Shown here piece by piece: positions 1 to 13,097 of a DNA stretch of 64,000 nt. Numbering within the stretch: position 1 is the stretch's first letter; every line of letters begins with the position of its first letter. The stretch is taken from assembly GCA_030704615.1 (NCBI GenBank), contig CM060733.1:61070001-61134000 (forward strand), read 5' to 3'. The DNA is from Takakia lepidozioides (taxonomy: Eukaryota; Plantae; Bryophyta). Made by a program: the position numbers and the translations under genes. Below the pieces are notes generated by a model, which ran no database searches, was not told the origin of the DNA, and worked only from the letters and a program-made list of their open reading frames with translations.

Positions 1-329
1 ATTGCACCTTCGAACGATATTGGAGGTTAATACATCAAACACTGACATGGTGTTTGAACCAGTCTGCCTATATATATTCCCAAAATATACTCATTGTTCA
101 AGCACGAGAAACCCCAAGAGAAAAACTGAGGAAAACCCCCTAAGAAACCCCTTGAGAAACATTGGGGTCCAAGCAACCAGCTTACGCCGCCCAAGCAACC
201 AACTAGGATAGCACACATCCAATGGCCATCACATTTGCATTCTACCCGAGAGTGAGGCCAGCCAAATGAGCACATGCCTTCATATGTGTTCACTCTCTAG
301 ACCAGCAGGAAATGGGAGCTTGACAAATG

Positions 330-1870
330 TATAGAAATGTGGGAAACCTTGAGTAGGTGACCATGTACTTCACCCCTTCTCCCATCATTCATAGGTCTCC
401 AAAACCTGCATCCCGCGCCCCTGCTGTGCATTCCCTGCAAGCATCACGTTCCACGACACCACATCTCGTTCAGCTATAGTGTTGAACTCTCCTTTCACAT
501 CCTCAATGCTCCCACATTTGGCATACATGTCCACCAGAGCAGTGTGCAGGATGAGTTATGGTACAATTGCAGATTTGATGATGTCACCATGGATCTCTTG
601 GCCCTTTTCCAGGGTTTCCAGGCTCGCACACGCATTGCAAACGCACACAAACATTATGTGGTCGGGCTTCACCCCTTCCCCCATCAGTTGCTCATAGATC
701 TCCAAAGCCTCCATTCCACGTCCGTGCTATGCATACCCTGCAAGCATCGCACTCCACGGTACCACATCTCGTTCAGCCATAGTGTTGAACACTCCCTTTG
801 CATGCATCCACATTTGTCATACATGTCCAGTACCAGGGGTGTCCGGAATGACATCTGGTAATTTGACAGGCATTCACGGTTGTCCCACCATTGACTGGGT
901 CAGAAAAATACTCATTCCACAGCTTCTCCTCATCTCTGTTGCATGTTTTTGGATACTTTCATGTTGTCACATTGGCAGTATCATGTCAAAGTTACTCCAA
1001 ACTCAATTCACTCAACCAGCTAACTTGCAGAATTCAACATCAAAATTCAGGGCCGATTCTCATAAGAGGGAAAAATAGGGTGAAATGTGTTGAAGAAGGT
1101 GCCTTCATTAGCAGTGCCTGATTACATCGAATGTGTCGCTGCTGCTGCGGCTTCTAATTGACCATCTACCCATGCAGGTTTCTTGTAGCTATCATTCCAC
1201 AGGTAATCTGGAGCTTGAATTAATCCGGTCCTCTTGGATGAATCTGGACCCACACTCTATACCTGCTCCTTCAGCTATCCATGCTTTTGCACAAATTATG
1301 CATACATCCTTGTCTTGTTGCTAGCAGCTGCCAATGACAACCTAGAATTTTTCTAGGAAACACCCAACTCAACTTATCACACGAGTTCCAATGCTCAATG
1401 ACATCTGCTACTCTTTGTGATCCAGTAGGCATTCACCTTTTTGCCTCGATTCTCCCACCATTGACTGGGTTAGAAAAGTATTCATTTCACAGCTTCTCCT
1501 CGTTTCTGTTACCTGTTTCTGGATACTTTCATGTTGTCACATTGGCAGTATCAAGTCAAAAGTCACTCCAAACTATGAAAGGTTCACTCAACCAACTAAC
1601 TTGTAGAATTCAACATGGAAATTTAGGGCCGTAAAACAGGGTGGAATGTGTTGACAGTGCGTACCAATTGTGTTGCTGCTGCTGCGGCTTCCAATTGACA
1701 TAGCACAGTGACATACTGCAGATCATGTCTGAATTGCCCTTTGTGGATTCCAGTGAAAGACTATTCATGGAAGACATAATATCCCCATCGATGGAATGTG
1801 AACTAACACTTGAACAAACTATGACTCTCACCTCATTGACAAACCATATCCATGCAGCTTTTCTATAAAG
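330..1870 (-). pseudogene. Decayed PDF-motif/PLS-PPR paralogue of the 60-64 kb gene
   Basis: Minus strand carries copies of the EEKLWxEYFSxPxQWWxNRGKK exon (~1437-1530 with TGG>TGA; ~872-960), the IHPRGPD...YKKPAW exon (~1140-1247, frameshifted) and homologous intron sequence. PLS triplet remnants follow at ~330-860 (MYAKCGSIEDVKGEFN, ERDVVPWSAMLAGYA*HG). No E/DYW region is visible. Confidence 0.85.
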
Positions 1871-2475
1871 TATAAGAGCGTTATAAGGTGGTTGTGTTCA
1901 TTTCTAGCCAGCTGGAGGCTAACACTTGAAGGGTCTTGGGTCTTGTCTCACATGGTTATGTTTGTACGGTATGGGAGCAACATGATCATTTTAGAAGAGC
2001 CAGTTGATCTAGTGTGAAAAGTCATCTCATGTTGCATAAACTTCACTTTTTGGAGGACCACGGACCAGATATGAGTAAAAGGTTTGCGTAGGGAGGGATA
2101 TTTCTTTCCATGTGGTCCCTTGAAATTAAAGGCATTCATGAAGATAGTTCAGATTTAGTTGTCTGAGTGTGTCAATTGGGTGATGCAGGTGGTTGGTGGC
2201 TGAAGTACGCGATAGCCTGCCCAAGATCAAGATCCTCACTTGAACACCACTCTTTTGGACTCTTCTGCAAAATTAACATAAAAATGAAGGGCCACTAGAT
2301 GGAGAAGGGTGGGTTTGAGATGGGAAGTGGGAGCAACAGTATGTCCAGCTGTTTTGTGTTTTTTTTTTGTTTCTACACCGAAGAGGGACAGAGGCCTCTA
2401 AAGCTTTATAGATAAGGGGGGATATAAATTATCCCAGAAATACAAAAGGTGGAAGATGGTTGTTGTAATTTGTTT

Positions 2476-3318
2476 TAAAAAAAAAAAAAAAAAAAAAAAC
2501 CTAGGAGCGATAGACCAGAATTTCAGGCCCTTGAGGAGGGGGGAAAATCAACCTCCTTTCAGATAAGCCATGGAGACACACATGACGATAACATCCAGAC
2601 AAGAACAATGCAGACACCGGTGGGGTAGCGGGTTTGAACCAGTGTTGGTCTGGTATGGGTATCAGAGGTCCCGAGTATCAACGTTGGTATCAACCCTGGT
2701 ATCAGGGACCATACCAGTCTGGTCCTAAATTCTGCATACCCAAGGCAATACCATTGCTTGCCTTAGCGTAGGATTAGCAAATACCATACCAATTTGGTGT
2801 TGATGGCTAGGGTTTAGTATTGATACTCGTTGCAAGCATTTTGCAACCATTCTTTGCCTGGTATCAATTCTTGTTGACGGGAAGTAAGAAAGAGTTTTAT
2901 GGTGGCCACTTCGCAGCTTAGGGTCGGTGGATTGTTGGGCGAACAATCAAGGCTCTGCCGGTGGCAATGAGATCATTTTCCGTGTGCAGTTCTGCTGTTC
3001 ATATAAGATGCACTCATCAAGTGTTTTTTAAGTCAATTGAAGGTTCGTTTGATACCAAATCCCAGTATGTATACCAGTTGGTATTACTTGAGCACATTTG
3101 TATTGATACCTAAAATTTCTCAATATCGATACCAGGCTAGTATCTAGCTTGAAAAATATCCCTAGTACCAATGTTCCCCTGGTATGTCATTGTGAGAGCC
3201 ATCCATATACCAAGACCAGCCTGGTATCAAAAAATGTTGATACCAGACCAACACTGGTTTGAACCCCAAACCACTAAGGCGACACATTGTGCACTTACCA
3301 GCTGAGCTACCAGCCGAT
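2476..3318 (-). mobile_element. tRNA-derived SINE, interrupted by a hAT MITE
   Basis: Removing 2640-3264 restores a minus-strand head with box A (TAGCTCAGCTGG) and box B (GGTTCAAACCC). The 3' part (gaaaggaggttgatttt...aagggcctga...tcgctcctagg) matches the + copy at 4755-4830. Confidence 0.7.
2640..3256. mobile_element. Non-autonomous hAT element (MITE), 617 bp
   Basis: TIR CAGTGTTGGTCTGGTAT / ATACCAGACCAACACTG. Perfect 8-bp TSD GTTTGAAC (2632-2639, 3257-3264). Many subterminal GGTAT/ATACC motifs. A truncated relative begins at ~7751. Confidence 0.9.
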
Positions 3319-4296
3319 GTGCTAATTAAAATTAAAATACAAAGTAGAAAACAAAACGGTTTATCAGTTATTACTTAACCCTTAAGGGCCCACCAGTGTT
3401 GGGTTTATAGGAAATAAATTTTCCTATTTATTTTTTGCAGATGTTGATATTTTTTAATGATCCCAACTGCAATTAATTTTTGACAGCATGGCCCACCCTC
3501 TCACATTGAAAGCAATAATTTTAATGAATTACTGGACCTGCATATTTTCCTGAAAATCGGAGCAGACAACAAGGGCTGGGTAGAGTTAACTGTCTACGTG
3601 GTGAGTCATAATGGGCCACTAGGGGGCCCTCTTTTTCAAAATCTGCTATTGGATTTATAGTTTGTTTTCACTGAACTCACTATTATAGTGTATTCTACAC
3701 CTCGCCGTAGGGATTGAGTGATTCATCTAATTGCAAAGGAGTTAACTTTTGTAATTGGCTCACCTTGAATTGCTAAGCTATGGAGATCATTTTGACCCCC
3801 CCATAAGCACATACAAAGAACCCTAATAATTAAAAGGGTTGTTTGGCAGTACTATGATACCATATCACATTTCAGGTAGGAGCAGAAAAAATCATCCCGT
3901 CACTCAAAAAGCTTGGTCAAAGCTCAAGTTTCATACGTTGCAAAATCCAGAAACAACCCCCCCCCCAAAAAAAACCTAAACACTAAAATCTCTCTTGTAG
4001 TGTGGTGAATTTCTCCACAATTTGCTGGGCAGATTTACATGGTAGGCAAGGTGAATGTGGTAAGGTTCAAATTTTTGGATCTAATATGGTAGGTGTGTAT
4101 CCTCAATTAACTCACCATACGTTACTTTTCTGGGGGCTGAAATTTGCCCAATGGCGGACCCTTAATTCTTTGTTTTAAGGAAAACTGTAATCCTATATCC
4201 GACCTTCCCTAAAATTCCCAAATTTTTGATGGTATGGTGATCGGTTAAATGTTTTTCACAGAAAGCAAGCATAAAAGTAGTGCAAAAAAAGCTTAC

Positions 4297-4515
4297 AAGG
4301 CGGGCCACATCTGCCGGATGAAGCCCAAGCATTATGATAGCCTCCACATCAATGATGCCCACACCCTCCATGAACTCCATGGAAAATACACGTGAGGTGC
4401 TCCACTCCCCCGCGTATATTTGTGGCACAACAATATGGGAAGCCAGCTGTGGTGACAGATTGAAGAAGTTTTGGGCGCACTGCTCAAAATTTATGGCCTC
4501 ATTCATGAAGTCAAA
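4297..4515 (-). pseudogene. Isolated exon of an ABC1K/AarF (ADCK) atypical kinase
   Basis: FDFMNEAINFEQCAQNF...IVVPQIY...STSRVFSMEFMEG resembles the ABC1 kinase segment (ELDF.NEA.N...VP.....ST.RVL.MEF..G) and ends at CTT|GTAAGC. No other kinase exons were found in the window. Confidence 0.7.
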
Positions 4516-4610
4516 GCCACATCATTCCCATTGCCAATTTTGAGGAACATTGTCATTGTTGCAGGGAATCCATACATCTTCCATATTACTTGGGTGTTGG
4601 TGTCACCAAC

Positions 4611-4846
4611 AGTCAGTAGCTCAGTTGGTTAGTGCACTGAGTGCCACCCAGATGATTCTGGTGTCAAATCTTGCTACTTGACGGGTGTGGTATACTCTTC
4701 TCCCCCTTCCCTTGGGTGGTGTCCTATTTCTACACCTTCATGGCGAGGTAACTGTGAAAGAGGTTATTTTCTCCTCTCACTATTAAGGGGCCCTGATTGT
4801 GAGCTGTCGCTCCCAGATGTTTCCCTTTTAAAAAAAAATAAAAAAA
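4611..4846 (+). mobile_element. tRNA-derived SINE copy
   Basis: Box A GTAGCTCAGTTGG, degenerate box B (GGTGTCAAATC), A-rich tail 4829-4846. The 3' body is shared with the 2.5-kb and 8.2-kb copies. Confidence 0.65.
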
Positions 4847-7800
4847 TGTGTCATTCTGGAGAGGGTGTGGAAGATTTGACGGGCCGCAGAACCGGCGTAT
4901 AATCGACCCTGGATAAATGTTACCCGTTTTTTTGTTATATCATCATAAATGTTATGATTTTCTTACTCTGTAAAAATATATACTAAGAATGACAAAAATA
5001 GTTTTATTTGTTATTTGTTATTGAATACCTACTCTCCTCTTTGTTAAAACACCCCTGTAATTGTTACATTCAATAAGGTAGAAACACCTAAAATGGAGCA
5101 CATCCCAAAACGGACCCCTAGAAAAATACATAAGACTACTAAAAGGTGCTTTGATCACAAGTGGTCCAGATTAGGTGATGTGGTGGGCCGCAATGAAACT
5201 CCAATGAACCCTTTTAACTCATACATGATCATGATGACACCACTTAATGGACAAGTTAATAACCACCGACGCGCACTTTGAGAGAAGTACCAAGTCATGA
5301 ATGAATCTAGACAAGAATGAATCCTAACATGTAGGAGAGGGGATCACATTCCGTGATCAATGATCCCGATTGAGTTTCACCTAGATCAACGATCCAAGAT
5401 TGACTTTCACTCAAGGACTGGCCCCTATGTTCAATGTTGCAATTACTCTCAGTCACTGTTTTGTTCTTGCAGTGCTTGGCAGCTTTCTTGCCACATTGAA
5501 CACCTTCATTGCTGAAGAGTATCTGCTACATCACAAACTGTCTGAATACCATGTCTATGATTTCATGAAGGTGGGTGATGCTTACAAACCTTGTTTGATG
5601 ATAGAAAGTGTGACATCTAGGGTTTAAGCACTCACTGGGTTCAAGGGCTGCCCTCTAAAAATTTCTCAAGTTTCAATCCTGTAAATGCCATTTTTGATTT
5701 TTTACCAATTTTGGGTACCCAGCTGCAGTAAATTGCCCCTAGCAACCTACCAAAAATCATCCAGAGATTCCAGCCTTATAGCAATAGGCCCAGCTCATTT
5801 ATGCATGACATACCAAAAAATGGGCCAAGTCCACAGTGGAAATTGTGAGATTATAGCGTTGGCCCGGACCTCAAATATTAGGTCCCAAAGAAAAAGTGAG
5901 AAAGAAATTGGTTTGACCAAATCCAAACCTAGCTTTATCCAATTTTGCTTGCCCCAATGCAATTGGGTTGAATTCTCAAAATTGACAAGAAGAAATGTGC
6001 CTCCAAATGAAGTAATTTTTTTTCTACAATTTTTTTAAAAGCCAATGGTGGATGTGTGTGTGTATGTAATGCTCACATACCACAAGGTGAAGTGTTTTTT
6101 CCAAAATTGCTAATTTTCTGCCAAAAATGGTCTTTGGAGTGCAATCTGTTTTGAGCTTGTTTACCTGCCACATCAGCGGTCAACAAGCCCTTTTCAGGCC
6201 CCAGAACGTAAATGAGAGATCTAAGATATTTTTTGTAGGTCGCAGCTTTTGTTTTTTTTTAAATTTTATTTTTTGCATCATACTCGAGACAAATCCCTTG
6301 TCATTAAAGCTTCAAGAGTGGGCCCCTTGAGATTAGATCTGCAAAAATTAGGCCGAACTGCAAATTCAAAGTGACCCCATTGAGGTCGCTTGGAAACTTC
6401 AGGGTTAAGGTGGGAGGTTACTTTAAGGTCAATAAATGGTTATGTTAGTTGACTGACATGGTCCATATTACTAGTTGTTTAATCAGTAAAGTGAAAGAGG
6501 ACGCATACTTTTTGGGCACCTTTGGCTCCCCTGGAGAGAGAGAGAGTGCACTTGCTGTTCAAAATAGTACCCCCTAATGGTCCATTCAAGGTTATTCCAT
6601 GATTTCACATTGAATATTCACCAATATTACAAAATAATTCGGATTTTTTTTTTGGGCATTAGATTTCATTTCTTTGTGCCTACATCAGAAAAATATATAC
6701 GACGACACTGCACGCATTTCTTAAATGATCCATTTTAGGTGTTTCTACCTTATATACCTCTAAACTAGTGGATCAGATAAGGAGTAATCCATTCTGGCCA
6801 CTAACAAATCACCTCCATGAATAACAAGCCCTAAAGTTGGTGACACACTCACTTAACACTCAATTAAGTAAGGTTAACCCCTAAAGGCCGGCACCACCTG
6901 AATCAGGTCGCAGCGGATGAAAAAAGTGTCTGAATGAAAAGTGAGCGCTGGAATTAATGCCACACACTCCACTTTACTTCGCCCCCAAAAACCCAAAACT
7001 TTGCCACCTACGATTTTTCAAAGTGCAGGGGGCACCCCCAGATAGATGGATCTGAGGCTGTAGTTGACCTGCGGACGTGGCTTGTGGATAGCCCTCAGAT
7101 GGAAGTGATTGGAAAAGTCTCAAAAACGCCCATCTACAGAGCAGTTTTTGGTATTTTGGAAAAAAATTTGGGCATTCTTTTTGCCCTGTGGGCCCTGCTG
7201 GATTGCACCAGAGGAAACTTGATTTTGTAAGAAACTCCAGGAGCTATGTGGATCTTCTTTTTCCAGCGTAGTTTTTCTTCCCTTGAACCCCCCCCCATCG
7301 CACACAGTCATTTTTTGTCTCTTTGTCCTTCCCTTTGTTATTCTCTTTGTTCAATATTTGAATAATACTTACAAAGGTGCCATATTTTTTTTGGGGAATT
7401 TGGCCCTCAAATTTTTTGAAGACGTGTAACCCTACAAAGATTGTGACTGAGTTGGTCCGGCCCCAAAAAACATTTATGTCAGGGCAAATTTGCTTGGTCA
7501 AACAAAATTTTCCCCTAAAAACTTCCTTACAGTTGAAAAAAACCCCTGGTAAATTATTATAATCTCCCAAATAGAACGGTCAGTTCTTCCCAATTTTGCA
7601 CAGTACTTGCATCCAGTAGATAACTGCCACTTAGTAAGGTTCATTTCCATGGATGAACTCCTGCTGGCAGATATGGCCTGGGAGGTGTCAGTGGGTCTCA
7701 TTTTTGAGGTGGACCCCCAAAAACACTCCGGGCGCTTAGGGGTTACCAGGAGTGTTGGTCTGGTATCTTGTTGGTATGGTATCTTGAATTGGAAATACCA

Positions 7801-8199
7801 AAAGGGTCGTGGTATGCAGTGCTATTTTTTTCTTAAGGCAGGTAGATTTTCCAATAATGCAGCCCCTGAATTTCAAGTACGAATCTGGTATGCATAGGTG
7901 GTTTAACAAAAAAAATCGTATAGACTCTGTAACAATTAGGCAGTTATATCAAATAACAGTAAAACAGGTTGAAATTTCATAACGTAACAATAGAAATTTA
8001 ACATTCATTCAGATGCAAGATAACATTTAGAGATGCATATTTTCTAATTGGTATAGAGTCTATACTCTTGGAGCATAACAATTATCCAGGTTTGACTGTA
8101 TGGTGCTATGGAGATAGTACATTTGCATTAAATTCTCTGTTGTTTTCAACCCTAAATAGTATTAGTGGTGATTTAGATAACACTAAACTGTGTGTGTAC

Positions 8200-8304
8200 C
8201 ATGGGAAAGCCTTCACGGGGAGGTTACTCTGGAAGAGGTTATTTTTTCCTCTCCTTATAATTAAGGCCCCAGGTGTTTCCCTTTAAAAAAAAAAAAAAAA
8301 AAAA
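8200..8304 (+). mobile_element. 5'-truncated SINE copy with poly(A)
   Basis: gaggttatttt...aaggccccaggtgtttccctttA20 matches the 3' end of the 4611-4846 copy. Confidence 0.6.
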
Positions 8305-9226
8305 CTGTGTGTGAACAAAGCACCGTATTTGTCGCCGAATATGACAAACCAATGAAAATGGAAAATTATGAAATTGCTCGGAGGAACATGACATCAATGA
8401 GAAGGACATGGGGTGGGGACATGAGGGCAGACAAAGTCTAGAGCTTTCAGATCGCTCAGCGGTTTCTGAGCTCCAGAGGCTGGTGTGTGGAGTGGCGTGT
8501 GCCCCACCGGGATTCACGAGCTACGCGACAATGGCACGGGAAAGGCAACTGCTCCGTAATTTGCCAGTCGGTAGAGAAAGAACAAGAAGAAGAAGTAGAC
8601 GATTCAATGACTTGACTAATGGGGTTCCGGATTCTGTGAAGATACAGCTAATTGTGTAGAGATTCCATGTGTAGCTTGTTCTTGCTACGAAAGATGTTGT
8701 TCTCCTTACATGACGGATGCTTGGATCATAACTGCTTTCTCCCATAAAATTAGTTTTCCTGTTGCGGTTCTTTCTATGCCGCCAATGTAAATATAGATTC
8801 TGGTTTCTGGGTTGCAATTTACCTTAGTATTTGGGTCTTTAGACGGCCGCCGGCTTTCCTTGACATCCCCTTGTTGGTGTGAGAGAAGAGGACAGGAGAG
8901 CTCCTGCGCAGGAAGGAAACAATCCCCACAAGACTAGTGTAATTTGGTTAAAATTTGCAGCTTTCATAGCGGGGGCTTCAGATCATATGGAAGTGGACAT
9001 GTCGAGCGCTACCCGCACTATTGACTCATGAGTTTGCAGCTCCTCGTTTCTCTGTTTGTCAGAAGTTAAGTTCAACTATGACTTTTTCATGTAGAGCATG
9101 AACTGTGAATGACTGACTGGCAGATGGAGCTTGTCACTGAATTTCAGTCTTGAACGCAGACCAGCCCACTCCGCATCCCTGTCACTGTATTCCTCTCCCC
9201 CATCAATCAGACGCAGAAGTGGGGCC

Positions 9227-11695
9227 ATGGCGCAATCACGCGATCACTGGATGCACTTGCGATACACAAGCCCGCTGGTACAGACATTTATACTGGGTTT
9301 GATCTGTTTCTGCTTCCCGGGCATGTTCAATGCAATTAATGGGCTGGGCGCAGCGGGGAAAGCGAATGCGACCATCACTGACAATGCTAACACAGCTCTG
9401 TCGGTCACTTTTGCGGTGTGCTCGCTGCTGGCGGGGGGCATCTTCAATGTTGTGGGTCATCGCATCATGCTCATCCTGGGGGGCTTCACCTACATTCTCT
9501 ACCTTGGCTCCTACCTGTCGTATAATGCGGTCTTCGTGATCTCTGCTGGCGCCATTCTAGGTGCGTTGCCAAGCATCATAGTTTCTCCCCCATTGTGGGC
9601 TAGCTTCGAGAGTTTGACCTGCTCTACACAAAGCATTACGGTATGCGCAGGTTTCTTGCAGTGATGAGCCGTGTTCTATGCTTTGGCTAAGTTAACGCAC
9701 TCGCATAAATTGACACGAGCTTTACCACTCTCTGAACAGCTATATGATTAAAGGGTGCTGGGGTGTGGTGATGAACATCGCTGTCCCAGCTGAATTGCGG
9801 ACTGTATTCTTTCTTACGAATCAAATAAGAGCTGTCTTTGGAGTTTGTAGGGCAGTGGAAGGCTTTTACTTGATTTGATTAATTGGTTCCAGTTTGCATA
9901 TGGTTATATAGAGCGGATGTACATGCACATATTTACTTTTGAAGAGCAGTAAGCTGTCATTGTTTGTGAAATGTCTTTGACCCATAAGAATCAATGAATT
10001 TCAAGGAAGAAGTCCCCCCCTTGTACTGTGACCAGCGAAATGACAACCACAGAAGGTAGAACTGGCATACTCTAATAAACTGGAGGCAAGAGAGAGGCAT
10101 GAGAGAGATTTAACGAGCCAACCGAACCGTGAGTGTCTCTTCCCCTAACGGGTACTGTCCTCTGGCGGGGGTGGGCTCACTAGAGGCAGAAGTCTGTACA
10201 CAGCTGGGCTTTCTTGAGGTGGAAGTACAAACTTCAGAGTGATGATTACCTTCATGCACATATGCTAGCAAGTGGATCTTCCCAATCAGTAATTGGGCCC
10301 CCATTACTTTGCTAACCACTAACCTTCAGAGCTTCTGGGGAGTACCATCTGTGGCAGCTGTCACAGGGATGCTCTAGCCCAGTGTCTCCAGCACACTAGC
10401 CACAGCCAAGGCATTGTTTTATTGTTGTTGGTTAAAAGTTTGATAAGTCACTAGGTCTGCATTTATGACTGAACTCATCACCATGCTGGGTTACAAAAAA
10501 AGTGCATGAAATAGGGGAATCCTGATGATATTTGTATTGCTCGGTTTGCGCCTGTCCAGGTGTTGGTGCTGGCTTCCTCTGGGCAGCACAGGGTGCTATC
10601 ATGATGTCTTATCCTGAAGAAGAAAACAAGGGAAAGTACTTTGGCATTTTTTGGAGTATCTTCAACTGTGGGGCAACAATGGGCTCTCTCATTCCTTTAG
10701 TGATTGAATGGCACAACAAAAAATCATCGGTCTCGACTCGAACATACATAGCTTTCATGGTGGTGATGGCATTTGGGTCACTGCTCACACTCATTCTACT
10801 ACCTCCCAGCAAGGTTGTCCGCAATAATGGATCACCAGTCGCTCAATACAAGTATTCAAACTGGAGCACAGAGGTGATTGAAATTGCTAAGCTCTTTTGG
10901 GACTGGAGGATGCTGTGCCTAATACCCATGTTTTTCGCCTCCAATTGGTTCTACACTTACCAATTTAGTGTTGTGAATGGGGGAGGCATGTTCACTACAC
11001 GCACTCGAGCTTTGAATGGAACTCTCTACTGGGGTGCCCAAATTCTTGGGTCAAATCTAATCGGAAACTTGCTGGATTCCAAACATGTTAGTCGTAGAGT
11101 ACGGGCATTGTTGGGCCTTGGAATACTTTCTGTCTCAGTCATGGTTATCTGGGGCAGTGGCCTGGACTTTCAGCGCACATTCACCAGGAAATCAGCTTTA
11201 CGACTGACTGAAACCGAAAAAATAGACCTAGGAGACTCAAAACGTTATGCAGGCCCTGTGACCCTGTATGCTCTTTATGGGTTGTTTGATGCAATTTGGC
11301 AAACTTATTGCTACTGGTTGATGGGAGCCCTCACCAATGATACCCGACAAGCTGCCCGGTTTGCTGGATTCTACAAGGCAATTCAAAACGCAGGGGCGGC
11401 TTGTGCTGGACAAGTGGATGCCAAAAAAGTGTCCTTTCTGGTTGAACTAATCCTCAACTGGGTGCTTCTTGTTGTGGGTGTTGTTTGTGCCATCCCAGTT
11501 GCCTGGGCAGTGAAAGACACGCTGCAACCTGAAGGAAAAGCATATGCTGGCATTGTTACACCTGATGCAGAAAAGGGGTTGGCGGGATCTCTACTGGTAG
11601 GAGGACATCAACAGGTAGACACTACACCAAATTTGGGAGGCACAGCTGGTACAGAGAAGGCAACCCCAGAGACCACTCAAGCAGTTTCCTCTTAG
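9227..11695 (+). CDS. UNC93-like MFS membrane protein; exons 9227-9560, 10560-11695
   Basis: YTSPLVQTFILGLICFCFPGMFNAINGLG, GAGFLWAAQGAIMMSYP and FFASNWFYTYQF are typical of plant/fungal UNC93-like proteins. A phase-1 GT-AG intron joins the two ORFs in frame. Confidence 0.92.
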
Positions 11696-11899
11696 GTTGG
11701 AGAACGAGAGAGCTGATTTTAAGGGCTGGGGCATTGATTGGTACTAAGTTCTGGAATGTGAAGTGTGGAACGAGGCTCTTGATCTTCTCAGGTGTGGATA
11801 AATTAATTTCTATAGTGCTACTTGTCTAATTTACTCAAGAATTCATTGCAGGACTGGTCCATCGTGTTTTATCACATGTGTAAATTGTTTTGTCTCTGT

Positions 11900-12900
11900 A
11901 GCTCTCTCTCTTGGAGTTCCCTGACTTCAATTCACAACTTCCAAGATTCAAATCCCATGGGCTGCCTTTTCTAAATGCTCCTCTTCACCTCCCGTTGTCT
12001 GGAGGCGAGACGAAGATCCCCGAGCCGGTTTCCACAACTTACAAGATTCAATTTCCATGGGCTGCCTTTTCTGAAGCTCACCTTCAGAGGCGAGACGAAT
12101 AGCCCCCAGCTTGTTTGATGTGGTGTCCTGATGAGTATTATCTATTAGCTTGGCAAAAAAGAGTACCTTGTGGACCTTGGTTGTTCAATCTGCCAAATAT
12201 GTTGCTGCTGGGACCGAGTCCAATCAATTTCATGTACATGAAGCATTAAGGAAGGCTTGAGATTGGAGATGTTTCCACTGCAAGGCATCCAACAAATTTT
12301 GCAAATGTAAACTCGACACAGATTGAGAAGCAACATTCAAACCACCATGTTCAAGTCCCCAGCACGAACAAATCTCTGCAGGTTTTACAAAATTTATTGA
12401 ATGACAGTGTATGGATATGCAGGAAGAGGCCGGATCAAGAGAGGAGTTGAAGCAACCTTGTATATTTGTTTGCCTTGACGGATGTTGTTGTTGATTAAGA
12501 CTGGACACGCAATAGGTTCTGAAAGGACTGATGTCGAGTTATTGAAAGGTCTATCGATGATTTGAGACTCTCGTGAACTCTGTTCAGGGCATGTTGGGGC
12601 TAGGTCGTATGTTGTTACTAGAGGGTAGCACTTGCCCTCAAGAATTCGCGGGATGAGTCATGAAGATGGTTCAGTGATGGAATAAATCTGGTTTCCAGAG
12701 AGATCATTAGTACAACGAGTCAGTATTCATGCCGATGGTGAACAATAGTCCCATCCAGCACCAGATAGGCCACCATCCGGTCGATGAAGTATGAAATGCA
12801 TTGGTAGCACGTCAACTGATATTGGTCAGCTATATGGAGTCATCTAGATCTCTATTTGTAGAGAGACATTTAAGGGTTTCCAAATCAGTTTCTCTAATCT
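11900..12900 (-). mobile_element. Highly degenerate LINE reverse-transcriptase remnant
   Basis: Broken RT-like motifs on the minus strand (PIS-LTC at ~12800-12825; QGC...PLL at ~12435-12465) with many stops. A ~100-bp local duplication lies at 11942/12042. Confidence 0.35.
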
Positions 12901-13054
12901 GCTGATGGTAGTGTGCACTGTGGATCTCGAGCATCGATGTCACGATTCACTGGCCCTTGGGACCAGTTGTGTGGACTACGGCCGGAAGAAATATCAACTA
13001 GCACTTGGGTGTTGTCGTAGTACTGTTGTCTCAGTTGGTCACTTCATTGCCGGG

Positions 13055-13057
<3 letters not shown>

Positions 13058-13095
<38 letters not shown>
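13058..13095. repeat. (CT)n microsatellite
   Basis: About 19 CT units seen directly. Confidence 0.95.

Positions 13096-13097
<2 letters not shown>

Noticed and set aside
4611-4680. tRNA gene (also 3260-3318)
   Set aside because: Only A/B boxes are retained, with no convincing cloverleaf. Each continues into a shared body and A/T-rich tail, so these are SINEs.
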